Notes: generated by a model not told the origin, from the sequence alone. A stretch of DNA of 64,000 nt from Heteronotia binoei (GCF_032191835.1 NC_083228.1:30504001-30568000), one strand, 5' to 3'; numbered from the stretch's first letter, positions 47,126 to 59,057 are shown. Numbers and translations: made by a program.

Positions 47126-47338
47126 GTAAGTTACTGTTCTGCTACAGCTGCTGTAAAAGGGTAGAAATAACAGTTGTGTGCACATTATACAACTGTTACT
47201 GTATATCCATCCATTGCTCAGAACAAATATTTGATCATGTCTTGCTAAATGTTATGGGTACTTTTTTCAAGATTCTGATGTCAACAGTGCTCTCTCTAGA
47301 AAGGCTGGTTATTTTTTACAACTGGGTTTCTCTTGTAG

Positions 47339-47408
47339 CACAAATGCAACTTTATCGGACAGTCCTTTCCATTGCAATCAAGTATCTGCTAAAGCTGTTG
47401 TCGATGCG
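47339..47408 (+). CDS. PPA1: PPA1 coding exon 9
   Basis: ttgtag|CACAAA...GATGCG|gtaagt; TNATLSDSPFHCNQVSAKAVVDA. Confidence 0.93.
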
Positions 47409-48152
47409 GTAAGTAACTCTGGTTAATTCAGATACGTTGTGTTTCCATTCTAATTGGCAGGGGTTGTATCTATTCTGTGATTCGACTCCAGTGCAGAAAA
47501 GTTGCTGACTGAAAGGCTTAGCTTTGATCGTTATTTTTAAAAATGCAAATTAAGTTGTAGCCTTTATGGGTACAACAGTAGGCTTTAACGTATATACCCC
47601 AGATATCACTCAGTCTTGAGATGGTGGATGCTGAGTAGAATTTGGGTGACCTGGGAAGATCAAAACAAGAATCCTTTTCTGCCACATGGACACTGATTAA
47701 GACAGTAGTTCAAAACCCCATTTCAAAATTTGGTAAGCACAAGGGAAAAATACTGTACTATAATTTTGTTATTAATTTATTATAGAAGAGCTTTTCTCAC
47801 CAGTACTTGACATGGTGAATTTTTTTAAAACCCCTGAAATGAGAGTATTTAGTTACAAGCGTCATTCAACCATTCTTTTGGATAAAGTATTCAAATGTGC
47901 ATTTACACAATGAATGTTGAAAGACTGTCGGTTCTTTCTCCAGCTAGCACCACTATATGATGCTAACTGAATGCTGTGCATAGTTGAATTCTGATAGGTA
48001 AAGTTTCTATGGAATTGTAGTTAACCTAGATATTAATGAGTGATTAATGATGGGTGGTTGTATGACCTTTCAGAGCTATTTTTTCTGTGAGAGAATAACA
48101 CAGTTACCACTCTAGAAGAATAATTCTGTATGCGATGTGATCTCAATTTCAG

Positions 48153-48192
48153 GTACCAGTCTGTGGACCTGCCAATCCAATACCAGCTAATG
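48153..48192 (+). CDS. PPA1: PPA1 coding exon 10
   Basis: tttcag|GTACCA...GCTAATG|gtaagc; VPVCGPANPIPAN; 40 nt keeps the frame. Confidence 0.88.
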
Positions 48193-48392
48193 GTAAGCTT
48201 CCTTAATTCAGATTATCTGAGAATGGTGTGAGACTGTTGTCTATTAGAAATTATGGAATTAATGATAACCATTCTGCATCAGAACTTGTAAGATGCTTTG
48301 TTTATATTACTTACACCAGGAGTTGCCAACCACTCAATGTTTACCTTTTTATAAATTTAAGACACAGGGTCCAGAATTGAAACACTTTACAT

Positions 48393-48830
48393 CAGGGGTG
48401 GCCCAACTGTGGCTCAGGAGCCACATGTGGCTCTTTCACACACATTGTGTGGCTCTTGAAGCCCCCACCACCTGTCAGTCTGCTTGGAGAAGGTATTTGT
48501 CTCTTTAAATCACTTCTTCAAGCCAAGCCAGCTGGCGGCTTGAATGCATTTAAAGTTGCTTTCTNNNNNNNNNNNNNNNNNNNNNNNNNNNNNNNNNNNN
48601 NNNNNNNNNNNNNNNNNNNNNNNNNNNNNNNNNNNNNNNNNNNNNNNNNNNNNNNNNNNNNNNNNNNNNNNNNNNNNNNNNNNNNNNNNNNNNNNNNNNN
48701 NNNNNNNNNNNNNNNNNNNNNNNNNNNNNNNNNNNNNNNNNNNNNNNNNNNNNNNNNNNNNNNNNNNNNNNNNNNNNATCTGACATTTATTCTTTGTGGC
48801 TCTTATGTTAAGCAAGTTTGGGCACCCCTG
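48393..48830. mobile_element. hAT MITE (CAGGGGTGGCCAAAC family) spanning an assembly gap
   Basis: Perfect TSD ctttacat; reverse orientation relative to 20635-20948. Confidence 0.85.
48565..48777. other. Assembly gap (213 N)
   Basis: Run of n in the sequence. Confidence 1.
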
Positions 48831-49217
48831 CTTTACATCTTTGGTCTAGGACCCAGTTTCTTCAGGTTGCTTTTATTACCTCTTCCCTGTTCATGTTCAT
48901 AAAAAAAAGTGTTGCCCATAGACTTTAATCCATGTAATATCAGATACGTGTTTGATGTGTGCCAAAGCTTCCCTGAAGCTGTTCCAGGACAATTCTTTTA
49001 TTTTGCAACTTTATGTCTCCATGGGACACAAGTCTCTGGCTGTTTCCTTACTCTCCCTTATGGGGTGTAGATTAACAGGAAATTTGACCTTGCATAACTG
49101 GCTTCTGTGAAGTCACTTCAATTTGTCATGGTGGCTTGCAATACCTTACAAATGTTTCAGATCTATTGTTGATACTAAAAGTGTTTCTCTTTCTTCATCC
49201 TTTTCTGCCGACCGCAG

Positions 49218-49249
49218 TGGACAAGTGGTTTTACTACGAGAAAAAGTGA
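49218..49249 (+). CDS. PPA1: PPA1 coding exon 11 (last)
   Basis: ccgcag|TGGACAAGTGGTTTTACTACGAGAAAAAGTGA; (V)DKWFYYEKK*. Confidence 0.93.
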
Positions 49250-49550
49250 TGTGAAGCCAGATGTTGCAGTAGCTGCTGTCCTATTGCCAGGAAGCCAGTT
49301 GTGAGGAACTAGATGAAGATAGATAGCGTTGGTATTTAAACTGATGTTCTAACTATGCACAGCTTACGATACAACAGATGTTGCATACTTAACAATAATG
49401 TGTGCTCAAAGTGTATCCAGGTCCTACAGAATCTGAGCAGTAATTTTGTAAACTGTCAGCTTGAGTCTTTGGTTAAGTATCATGGCATTGATTGTGTACA
49501 AACACACTGATATTTGTTCTTACTGGATACAAGCAATAAGTGAAGATACC

Positions 49551-49556
49551 AATAAA
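49551..49556 (+). promoter_or_regulatory. Candidate PPA1 polyadenylation signal
   Basis: AATAAA about 300 nt after the stop codon. Confidence 0.5.
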
Positions 49557-50340
49557 ATACTGGATACCAGTAAAACAATTTTGTAAAATCTCATTTGGCG
49601 CTTTCTGTCTTCATTATGATAAATCAACATATCAAAACATGAATACCTAGGAAAATGAATCTGGACCACCTCTTTTATACTCTTTCCTTTCTCCGTAATT
49701 GAAGTATTTGTGAAAGTGGGAACAGTCAACAAAAGTGGCATGATCAGTAGAGCAAATGTGCTTTTCTCCTCCCTGTAGGCTAACTGTACATATAGGATTT
49801 GCAGTGGTCTGCATCAAAAGGATGGATCAGATCCACACCTGCACTGCAGCCTCAGATGTTCCCAGTGAATTTGCTCAAGCCCATGTAGAGCTGAGTGACA
49901 GAGCTCAGGAAAACAATTTCCATATAATTTTAAACTAGATATATTTCTTAATTCAACTGAAGATATAAAAATAGGAACTGTTTCTCACTGTTTACTTCAC
50001 ATGACTGGTTCTGCATGTCTGATGAAAAAGAACTGTATGAATTCTGAGGTGGCTGACACAAAAGTCTTAGCTGCCTGATACTGTTTGCCTGGGTGGCAGC
50101 TGTGCCCAGTTTGGCAGCCAAACTTCCAATTACAGAGCACTGTTTGCAGAAAGCGGCAACCTCCCTTCTGACGAGATATACAGATACAAAATCTGACAAG
50201 TTCAGATATACTCATTCCAGTACCCACTATCCTTAATTTTCAGGTACACTTTAAAAGGTAAGATTCAAACTCGAGGGGCGCATGGTATTAAAAGGACTTT
50301 GCTGTACAATTCACTGACTTGACAGATATTATTCCACATT

Positions 50341-50539
50341 GAACATATGAACATATGAAGCTGCCTTATACTGAATCAGACCCTTGGTCCATCAAAGTCA
50401 GTATTGTCTTCTCAGACTGGCAGCGGCTCTCCAGGGTCTCAAGCTGAGGTTTTCCACACCTATTTGCCTGGACCCTTTTTTGGAGTTGCCGGGGATTGAA
50501 CCTGGGACCTTCTGCTTCCCAAGCAGATGCTCTACCACT
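50341..50539 (-). mobile_element. tRNA-derived SINE with CR1-like tail (Squam2-like)
   Basis: Well-preserved copy with (gaacatat)2 tail end. Confidence 0.72.
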
Positions 50540-51767
50540 GAGCCACCGTCCCTCCCCTGAAAAGCATTTTTAGAGAATGGGATATTTGGGGACAGCAGTA
50601 TTCTGATGTGGTTTATGGTACATGCCTCTGTTACAGAACATACATGCTATTTCCATAACATGGAGGTTCAAGAAGCCCATTTTAGATGATATATTCATTT
50701 AGGGATGCTTTGGTGGTTCTAATGGGGGAGAAGGATGAAAAATAGAGAAAGCATAGTCCTTATAACAGAGAACATTTATGTATACATCCTGCTTTTAGAT
50801 TCTCATTACCTTTGGAGACCTTTAATTTTCACATTATTCTGGAAACTACTGTGGAGCTATTCAAGATAATTATGGTCTGGCATACAATGCAGCCCAATAG
50901 TGGTGTTGGGAAATGCACCCTCATTGCAAAATATACTGTTTCATACACTAGATACAAAAGTTCCATAAGGCCATGGATCACACATGACTCACTCTTTCCA
51001 TATTGGTACTTCCATAGCCATTTTGAAACCTAACTGTGTTTGTTCACCACTAGTGACTATGCAAAGGAAGCCAGCATGGTATTGTAGTTGGAATGTTGGA
51101 ATCACGATGATCAAGGTTCAAATCCGCATTCTGCCATCACTGGGCGACTTGGGGGTCAGTTTGTCTCTCACTTTATCCACCTCACAGTGTGGTTGTGAGA
51201 ACAAGATGGGAAAGAGAATGATGCATGCTGTCCAGAACTCTAGCTGACAGGATAAATATGCACTAACTAGAGAGAAATGAGAAAATGATGCTGCCTTTCT
51301 CTTTCCTCTTTTACATTAGCTAATATTCTTTAAAATGAAACAAATGAGACAAAATAGAAATTAGACATACAGTGAGCTCTTGGCTCAGTCTAATAAGTAC
51401 CACTGATTTCAAAGCAACATTTTCAGCTCTTCTGAAATGGTCCTACAAGAGCAAGATAAAAATCCACTAAGTAATGCTTTTCTCAGTTGGAAGTCTAGTG
51501 GCAGCAGCTTCTGTGGATGAATGGGGCCTATTCTCATCAGATGACATCTAACCTCTCTGGGCTTAGATATAGTTGCCAACTCTGGGTTGGGAAATTCCTG
51601 GCGATTTGAATGTGAATCCTGGGAAAGGGAGGGACCTCAGCGGGTTATAATGCTGTAGAGTTTATCCTACAAAGCAGCCATTTTCTCAAGGGGAACTGAT
51701 CCCCATTGTCCGGAGATCACTGTCATCTGTGAGATTACCAACCTTACTGGGGGATTTGGCAGTTTAT

Positions 51768-51875
51768 GGCTGCGATCACACACACTAAATAATTCACTTT
51801 CCAACTGTGTGAACTGGCAAAACCCAAATGGAAAATGCACTGAAAGTGCATTATTTAGTGTGTGTGATCGCAGCC
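51768..51875. mobile_element. Palindromic MITE with 3-bp TSD (PIF/Harbinger-like)
   Basis: 26-bp TIR ggctgcgatcacacacactaaataat / attatttagtgtgtgtgatcgcagcc; TSD tat/tat; second copy at 52182-52891 is interrupted. Confidence 0.7.
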
Positions 51876-52282
51876 TATAATAAAACCACGTTAGTCTTTC
51901 AGATGCTATAAAAATATAAAATCCACACACAGTGGCAAACTGCCTCCAGGTTATTTTCTTTCTAGGATCAAATTCAGGGTTGAACTCAACACTTCTCTTA
52001 CATGGACCACAAATAGGCGCCTTGTGGCAAGTTTAAGATGAATGAAATGTTCTTTGAGGGCAGTGCAGGCTGGCCCCAGCTCAACAGTCCTTTCCTCGCT
52101 TCTGCCATTATGCTGGTTGGGTCGGCCACATTCCTGTAAGCTAAGGTCCCTCACAGGCTTGCAAGGATAAAATGGAAGAGAGGCTGTGATCACACACACA
52201 CAATAATGCACTTTTCAACGATTTTACTGTGTGAACTGGCAAAATCCAGTTGGAAAGTGGATTGAAAGTGCATTATTTAGGG

Positions 52283-52868
52283 CAGGGGTGTCAAACTCAT
52301 TTGTTATGAGGGCCGAATCAGACATGAGAGCTTGTTAGGCCGGGGCCATGTGTGTACCTATTTATGATTAGGTAGCAGATATATAAACTTTACAATGCAA
52401 AAACACAAAGGTGTTTTTTTTTTAAAAAAAATGTAAAACATCCTTAAAACAGTAATTGGTCTTAAAAGTGCTTTCTTTGCATTTCTCCCATGGGATCAAG
52501 GGAACTGGTCAAAGGAAGCTCTGTCTCTTTCCTTCCTTCCCCAGGGGACCCGAAGGGGTAAGAGCCTCAACCAATAGAAGGAAGAGAGGCTTGGCTCAGC
52601 TCTGCTATGCAACTGAGAAAGCCTAGCAAAGTAAACTCTCCCTCTTCCCACCCTTCCTCCCCAAAAGAGGAGCCTCAGCCAATGGAGAAAATAGAGATCT
52701 TGCTCTGTAACTTCTATGTGACTGACCAAGCCTGGCAAAGCAAGCTGTGATGCAGAAGGAAGCAAGAGAGAGAGAGAAGGAAGCAGATGACAGCCAGTTG
52801 CTCGAGGGCCTGATAGGAGCCCTCCGGGGGCCTGCTTCGGCCCCTGAGCTGCATGTTGGACACCCCTG
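52283..52868. mobile_element. hAT (Charlie-like) element inserted in a Harbinger-like MITE at the edge of the SAR1A CpG island
   Basis: caggggtgtcaaac...gttggacacccctg; perfect TSD atttaggg; sister of 2189-2816. Confidence 0.88.
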
Positions 52869-52879
52869 ATTTAGGGTGT

Positions 52880-53860
52880 CTGATCGCAGCCAAAGAGCCA
52901 CATCCGCCGCCCTGAGCTCCTCGGAAGGGCGGGCTACAGAGCAGCAGCCGCCAGATTCTCCCTCCCCACTGGCAGCACCTTCCCCTCAAAGCGCAGGAGC
53001 CGCCCAGGGGCGGAGTAGAGACGTCACCATCATCGTCATGGCAGCGTCCGCTGGACACGTAGCGCGCGGCCCGGCGGCCAACGTAGCGGCTTTTTCCCTC
53101 TTTCCTCCCCTCCCACCGGAAGTAGAGGCGGGAGGGGGGATTACGTAGTTCCGGCGTGTAGCTGGCGGCTGAGGAGTGAGCGAGGTGAGGGGTGCGGGGG
53201 AGCTAGAACGAGAGCGCGCGAGGCAGCCGTTGGGGCCGTGGCCGTCGTCCTCTCGTGCGGTGCTGGGAAGAGAGCCGTCGCTGGGCAAGGTGAGGGAGGG
53301 GAGCGCGAGGCGGCCAAAAGGGCAGGGCGGCGCTGATTGGCTCGGGCCTGAGCCGGTGGGAGGGGGAAGAGCAAGTGACACGCAGGCGGGGTGGGGGCGG
53401 GGAGGGAAAGAGGGGGCGCCGCTTTCGAGCGGGGCGGGGGGGCTCCTAAGCCCCTGTGGGGAGCCATGGCCGCGGGGGGCACATCGGAGACGCGGGCCCT
53501 GCCTCTCGCCCCCGAGCCTCCGTCTCCCTGCTGAGGGTTGACGTGATTTCTCTTCCTCTCCCGCCGAGGGGTCTCTCAGCCATGACCACACGACGTGGCT
53601 TTGGATAAAAGCCTTTTTCCTTCGGCTCTTCCGCCTTCCCCCGTGTCGGCAATAAAGGCCAGCCCTGCCTCGGTGGTTGTGAGGCGGCAGAGGCCGGCCG
53701 TTGGAGCCCCCGCCAAATCCAGGCTCCGGAGTCGTGTCGTCGCCCCACCCTCAGCGGCTGGCGCTTTTCCCTCCCTCGGGTTGGACCCCCTTTGGGGGAG
53801 ACGGAGTGTGTCAACCGGCCTCGTGAACGGCCTTCCAGGGCAACGATTGCTGTCCAGGGT
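52880..53860 (+). promoter_or_regulatory. SAR1A CpG-island promoter with non-coding exon 1
   Basis: Dense CpG island 2.3 kb upstream of the SAR1A ATG exon; ETS/GABP-type CCGGAAGT at 53116-53123; candidate donors GAG|gtgagg (after 53184) and AAG|gtgagg (after 53289). Confidence 0.85.
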
Positions 53861-53919
53861 TGAGAGTGGGAATGCCCCATTCGCCCAACCCTTGGTAATA
53901 TGCTTTATTGCACTACCTT

Positions 53920-54184
53920 GACAGATGTGGCTCTTCCACACATATTGTGTGGCTCTCGAAACCCTCACCACCCCCATCGGCCAGCTTGGAGAAGGCACTT
54001 CGCTCTTTAAATCACTTCAAGCCCAGCAAGCCAGCGGCTTGGATAATACATTTAAAGTTGTTTTCTTTCCACCTTTCCTTCCTTCCTTGTGGCTCTTAAA
54101 CATCAGATGTTAATGTCTTGCGGCGCTCAGACATCTGATGTTTATTGCATGTGGCTCTTCCATAAAGCAGGTTTGACCACCCCT
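53920..54184. mobile_element. Truncated CAGGGGTGGCCAAAC-family MITE in SAR1A intron 1
   Basis: Body homologous to 48393-48830; one TIR gtttgaccacccctg. Confidence 0.7.
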
Positions 54185-54687
54185 GCTTTATTATAAGTAT
54201 TCCTCCTTATAAATCCCTAGTTGTATTTATGCCTTAACTGTTCTAGGACTGCCATCTACTTTCTCTCTCCCCTTTTGTAGGGTTTATGTGTCTTTAAAAG
54301 GTGTAGGGAAACTTTTACAAGCACAGTGACAGGAGATGCTATCACTGCTTGGACTTCTGTTGTTGAGCGGCTGTTAGCCATCAGGGTTTGTCAGGGAGGA
54401 AAGGTGGGTAATCATGACCTTGGGTTTGGATTCAAGAAGAAAGAAGTGTGTTTTCAGTGTGAGCATCAAGGAAAGAGAATGTGAAACTTCTTATTATGGA
54501 TGTATTTTAACTTCCAGAAGTGCTCTGAGTCACTTATAAAAAAAAATCTGGGTTGGAATGTAATCCTGGATGGAAACCATCTAGAAGATAATCGTACTTA
54601 TTGTTTCCCATGCTCAAAACCTTTTAAGTGAAAAAAAACTTTGTGTATTGGGGGGCTGCTTTGATTAAATTTCTGGTCATGTTAAAT

Positions 54688-54734
54688 AGCATTGATGATG
54701 GAAGCATTGATGATGGAAGCATTGATGATGGAAG
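54688..54734. repeat. Perfect 15-bp tandem repeat, three units
   Basis: (agcattgatgatgga)3 + ag. Confidence 0.95.
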
Positions 54735-55452
54735 GCTTCAGGTCAGCATATTCAGTTCTCTCTTGAGATAGAAAAGTTGGCGGGTGCATTTTGTTGTAAG
54801 GGGGAATTTCATATTTGAATTAACAAATACAGTATCAAATGAATCAGTTTTGGGGTATATGAAGAAGCTGTGAGCCAAATGCCAACCAAATAGCCTTACT
54901 TACATTAAAGTCCACCAGTGCTGTTTGATTTCTGACGGTTTATGCACTGAAACATCTTTAGGGCTGTGCTGCTGTTAACACAAGTTAAGCCATTTTAGTT
55001 TATTCTTCTTTCTTATCCTTTTTATTGTGATATGTATGGTTATAATATGAGTGGTTTCCCTGAGTTGAATATAGTAAGAGTGTGGTGATGATTTGAAGTA
55101 GTCTCATTTTCTCTCCTTGGAATAGAACTTTTCTTTCACATATGAGGTTGTTTTTTTCTAAAACCTGCTGTACATATAAATTAAACTAGTTCAGAGAATT
55201 GTGAACATAGAGGCCTTTGTGTAAGCTGTTGATAGTTTATCCTTCTTGGAAGGAGATGTGTTGATTTGTTCCTGCTATCTTTAAACCTGTGAAGGAACTA
55301 CTTTTCAACTTTTTTCCTGATGATAGCTGGATATCAGTCTTTAACTGACAGTGTTTTAGATCATAGGTAAATGCGATAGAGGAAATGTTCTGGTTTGCAG
55401 CAAGACTCTCAACCAAATATGTTTCTTCCCCCAAAGCAGTTGATCTCCAACA

Positions 55453-55510
55453 ATGTCGTTCATTTTTGAATGGATCTACAATGGCTTCAGCAGTGTTCTG
55501 CAGTTTCTAG
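55453..55510 (+). CDS. SAR1A: COPII GTPase SAR1A, coding exon 1
   Basis: caacaATGTCG...TTTCTAG|gtaagt; MSFIFEWIYNGFSSVLQFL(G); acceptor aagcag just upstream. Confidence 0.96.
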
Positions 55511-56267
55511 GTAAGTCTTCAGGTGTATTCCAATGAACAGATCTTGGGCTTAGTGTTAAGATAAAAATGTAATATGTTGAAATGCCTTTAATAAGGGTGC
55601 ATCTGTACTGGTGTTTTTAATGCAGTCTGCTACTGATCATTATGAGGAATGGTGCATGTAATCTGTCACTTATTCCACCACTCCTTTTTGTTTTTCATCT
55701 CATTAGAGATAATAATCTTGTAACATTGTTCAGACCTTCTTTTCTTTGTCAGTTGATTGCATGCCATTTTACCCACGCACTCGGACGCCGTGCTAAATTT
55801 TAATCCTTAAACCTGGCTAATTTATAATCCTGTCATAAAGTCCTCTCTTCTCAAAGTGTGTGTTATCAAACTGAATACGGGTAATTACACAACTACAAAA
55901 CCCAAATCTTGCAACAGGACTTGTAGCACACAATCTGGTACCAAGGAAACAAACACCAAATCCTAGATGAAAGAAGAGTGCTCAGTTGTGTAAAGGATAA
56001 GACAGAATAGCAAATTCCTGTTTTCAAGGCTGCACCAGCCCAGTCCTTCTGCATTGAGCAGTATCAGCAGTAGTACTGGAGATGCGTCTAATAAGTAATC
56101 TTAGGAAATAATTGATTAGTCTTCAAGGTTTTCCAGCTCGGAATTGATAGCTTAATGGCCAAGAAAAAGACCATGGATAATTATGGAAGCGGAAGAAATA
56201 TTTTCCACTTTCTCCACCCCATGCATAATTTTATAAGCCATTTATCTTGTCACCTCTTGCTGTCTTT

Positions 56268-56450
56268 TAGAGTGAAAGGGCCCAGACTTGTAGCAAATGT
56301 GTTTCCCCACCTCCCCCAATCATCTTAGTATCCATCCTTTGTACATTTTTCAGCTCTTTTATGCTCGTTTTGAGATATGGTGACCAAAGCATGCAGTGTT
56401 CCAGATGAGGCAGCACCATAGTGTTATAGGACAATATTGGCCATCTTATT
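56268..56450 (-). mobile_element. CR1 LINE ORF2 remnant
   Basis: ORF track peptide [37 protein letters not shown] matches the CR1 pattern RPHLEYC..WSP...DI..LE.VQRRATKMI. Confidence 0.7.
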
Positions 56451-56477
56451 TTCTGCATGTGCCTTGCTCTCTTGCAG

Positions 56478-56597
56478 GATTATACAAGAAGTCTGGCAAG
56501 CTAGTCTTCTTGGGTTTGGATAATGCTGGCAAAACCACTCTTCTGCACATGCTGAAAGATGACAGATTGGGTCAACATGTTCCTACACTGCATCCAA
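56478..56597 (+). CDS. SAR1A: SAR1A coding exon 2
   Basis: ttgcag|GATTAT...CATCCAA|gtaagt; [39 protein letters not shown]. Confidence 0.97.
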
Positions 56598-57029
56598 GTA
56601 AGTTTTGCCTAGTTGTTGTTGCTTTCTGCTTTTTAAAATTTCTGGTGTGGATTAATAAGGTTTATAGTAGCCTAGCATATATCTTTACTGAAGCTGCACA
56701 ATGAGAGTCTTCATTGTAGGTGAGCATTTCAGAAGAAGGTTCAGAATCTTAAGCTTTTATCAGTCTTTATGTGTTGAAATACAATGCTTGCAGGAGATTG
56801 TGTGGAACACACATGTTATTAGACACGACTTGCTACATGATACTTTTAAGCCTCCCAGTTCTTAGTACAATGTGGGTGCAGTTATTCTTAACTTTGAATT
56901 ATGAAACATGGTTAAAGTGTTGTGTTTCTTGAGTGCCTTCTGCTTCTGGCAACAGGCACTTTTACTTGAGACAATAATCATCTGTGCCAGTGTTATTGTG
57001 GCTCATAAATCATTTTTCTTCTTGTCTAG

Positions 57030-57095
57030 CTTCAGAAGAGCTGACCATTGCTGGGATGACATTCACAACTTTTGATCTTGGTGGTCATGAGCAAG
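57030..57095 (+). CDS. SAR1A: SAR1A coding exon 3
   Basis: gtctag|CTTCAG...GAGCAAG|gtaaaa; (T)SEELTIAGMTFTTFDLGGHEQ. Confidence 0.97.
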
Positions 57096-57512
57096 GTAAA
57101 ACTAGCAGATGCTATACTTCTATCTATGTTCATTATTCTGTTGAACTAAATATCATTGGCTTGAAGCAGAATGAATGAGTCTTGTGTGTGTTTTTCGAAG
57201 TTCTGGATATAGCTGATTTTTTAAAATCCTGGTCTCCTTTTCCATATTGATACATACCTAGTAGCCTCAAGGCTTCCTTCTCCCTTTGTATGTTGATGTT
57301 CTAGAATCTGACTTCATTAGCGGTTTTCATTTATGGATTTCATTTGTGTGTTTCTTCTTGGGATATGTCACTTTAGCTAAGATTGTTTGTAGCTGAGGTA
57401 CATATTACTTTCCTGCCAGTTTAGTAGGATATAGCTTCCAACAATCATGCCAGTGTAGCATCATAAAATGGCAGAAACACTATGCCTATGGACACTGGTG
57501 CCTGCTAACTGG

Positions 57513-57798
57513 GAGAGCCAGTTTGGCATAGTGGTTAAGTGTGCGGACTCTTATCTGGGAGAACGGGGTTTGATTCCCCACTCCTCCACTTGCACCTGCT
57601 GGAATGGCCTTGGGTCAGCCATAGCTCTGACAGAGGTGGTCCTTGAAAGGGCAGCTGCTGTGAGAGCCCTCTCCAGCCCCACCCACCTCACAAGGGTGTC
57701 TGTTGTGGGGGAGGAAGGTAAAGGAGATTGTGAGCCACTCTGAGACTCTTCAGAGTGAAGGGCGGGATATAAATCCAATATCTTCTTCATCTTCTTCT
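57513..57798 (+). mobile_element. Squam3-like tRNA SINE
   Basis: Full-length copy with (TTC)n tail. Confidence 0.82.
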
Positions 57799-58320
57799 AG
57801 TACCTTTCTGGTGCTTGCCAAGTGTTTTTAGAAAGTGGGCAGGGCCAGGTAGGTTTTTTTGCCTAGCAAGGCTTCTGATTAACTACTGGAGATTTAATTG
57901 TCTGTGACTATTGGACACTTGATTGGCTGTGCAGATTTTTAAAAAATGTTGCTTTGGCAACAGCTGCCACCATATCACAAAGATCTTCACTGTGTTATTC
58001 AAGTTAAGCTGTGGTAATAACTTTGTGGCTGGCTTCGCTTCCTGTAGCAGCCATTTTGTTGCTGTGCCCGCCAGGCCGTGTCAGAATTCCAAATGTGCCT
58101 GCAGGCTCAAAAAGGTTGGAGACCCCTCCTGTAAATAGATACGGTGGTGTAAGCATACAGAACAAAACACATACTAATTCCAGTCTTGCATCGTTTAGGT
58201 AGGTGTGGGAAAAATAATAGCTAGGAAAAATGAAATGTACAAGGGAACAAAGGGGGGAGTTACTAGCTGAGGATTTGCTGTTCAACACAACAAATTTGTC
58301 TGTCTTCATTGCAAATGCCA

Positions 58321-58528
58321 ATAGCCCAACTTTTCCTGAGTTCTTCAGACCTTGGAAGTTAAGCAGGGTTAGTCATGGTTAGTATGTTGGATGGGAAACC
58401 ACTAAGGAAGCCCATGGTTGCTACACAGAGGCAGGCAATGACAAACCACCTGTTTATCTCTTGCCTAGAATGCCCTATGGATGGAATAGCCATGAGTCGA
58501 TTACAACTTGACAGCACATTCTTCTTCT
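58321..58528 (+). mobile_element. 5S rRNA-derived SINE (second copy)
   Basis: ggaagttaagcagggttag...ggttagtatgttggatgggaaacc plus gaggcaggcaatgacaaaccacct RTE-like tail. Confidence 0.72.
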
Positions 58529-59057
58529 GAGACAAACTATCACTAACAACATTCCATTAGCTGGACTGGGTGGTCCTGTGGAATGACGTGTGTGTAGTAC
58601 AGGCTTTATATGAACTGTTCATGGAGACACCCCACCATGGAGACACCCCACAGATTTTTCCATCATCATGGAACGTATAAAAAGCTACTGTGGTCATGGA
58701 AATGACTGTAGATTTTCACCATGGATAGAACTTTCTGCATATGTTAGTATCAAGTATTGCAGGAGGCATTACACAGGAAGACAAAAACAACTACTATCAA
58801 GATGTGACCATAAGAATGTGAAAAGTTAGTACCCAAGTGAATTCATTTAAAGCTGTTTTAAATTACTGAGGTAATGTAGAAGGGGAGGAAATTATAATTG
58901 CCAAAAGTATAATCATGACATTTGTTGGTTTCATTTCCAGTGGCTAGCTGGAGGTTACAAATAGCTTTAAACGCACCTTTATTCCATCAAGCTTTGCTTG
59001 TGGTGGTTGTAGTGCTTCCTAATCTGTGACTTTACAGTCATGTTTTTTCTCTTGCAG

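Larger units (their letters stand above)
27935..49249 (+). other. PPA1: PPA1 gene, complete CDS span (11 coding exons, 290 aa)
   Basis: Exon lengths 64+65+54+120+87+127+128+86+70+40+32 = 873 nt, open frame, all GT-AG. Family I PPase motifs [14 protein letters not shown] and RRYKVPDGK are intact. Confidence 0.97.

Noticed and set aside
48147-48158. tttcagGTACCA at PPA1 exon 10 resembles an AG|GT recursive splice site
   Set aside because: GTACCA is a weak donor and the 40-nt exon is needed for the frame
53322-53346. ATTGG as part of an ERSE or ERSE-II element
   Set aside because: The required CCACG/CGTGG half-site is absent at the correct spacing
52986-53998. Several long ORFs (113-201 aa) on both strands over the SAR1A CpG island
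   Set aside because: Low-complexity Pro/Arg/Ala/Gly-rich translations are expected from stop-poor GC-rich DNA; no recognisable domain
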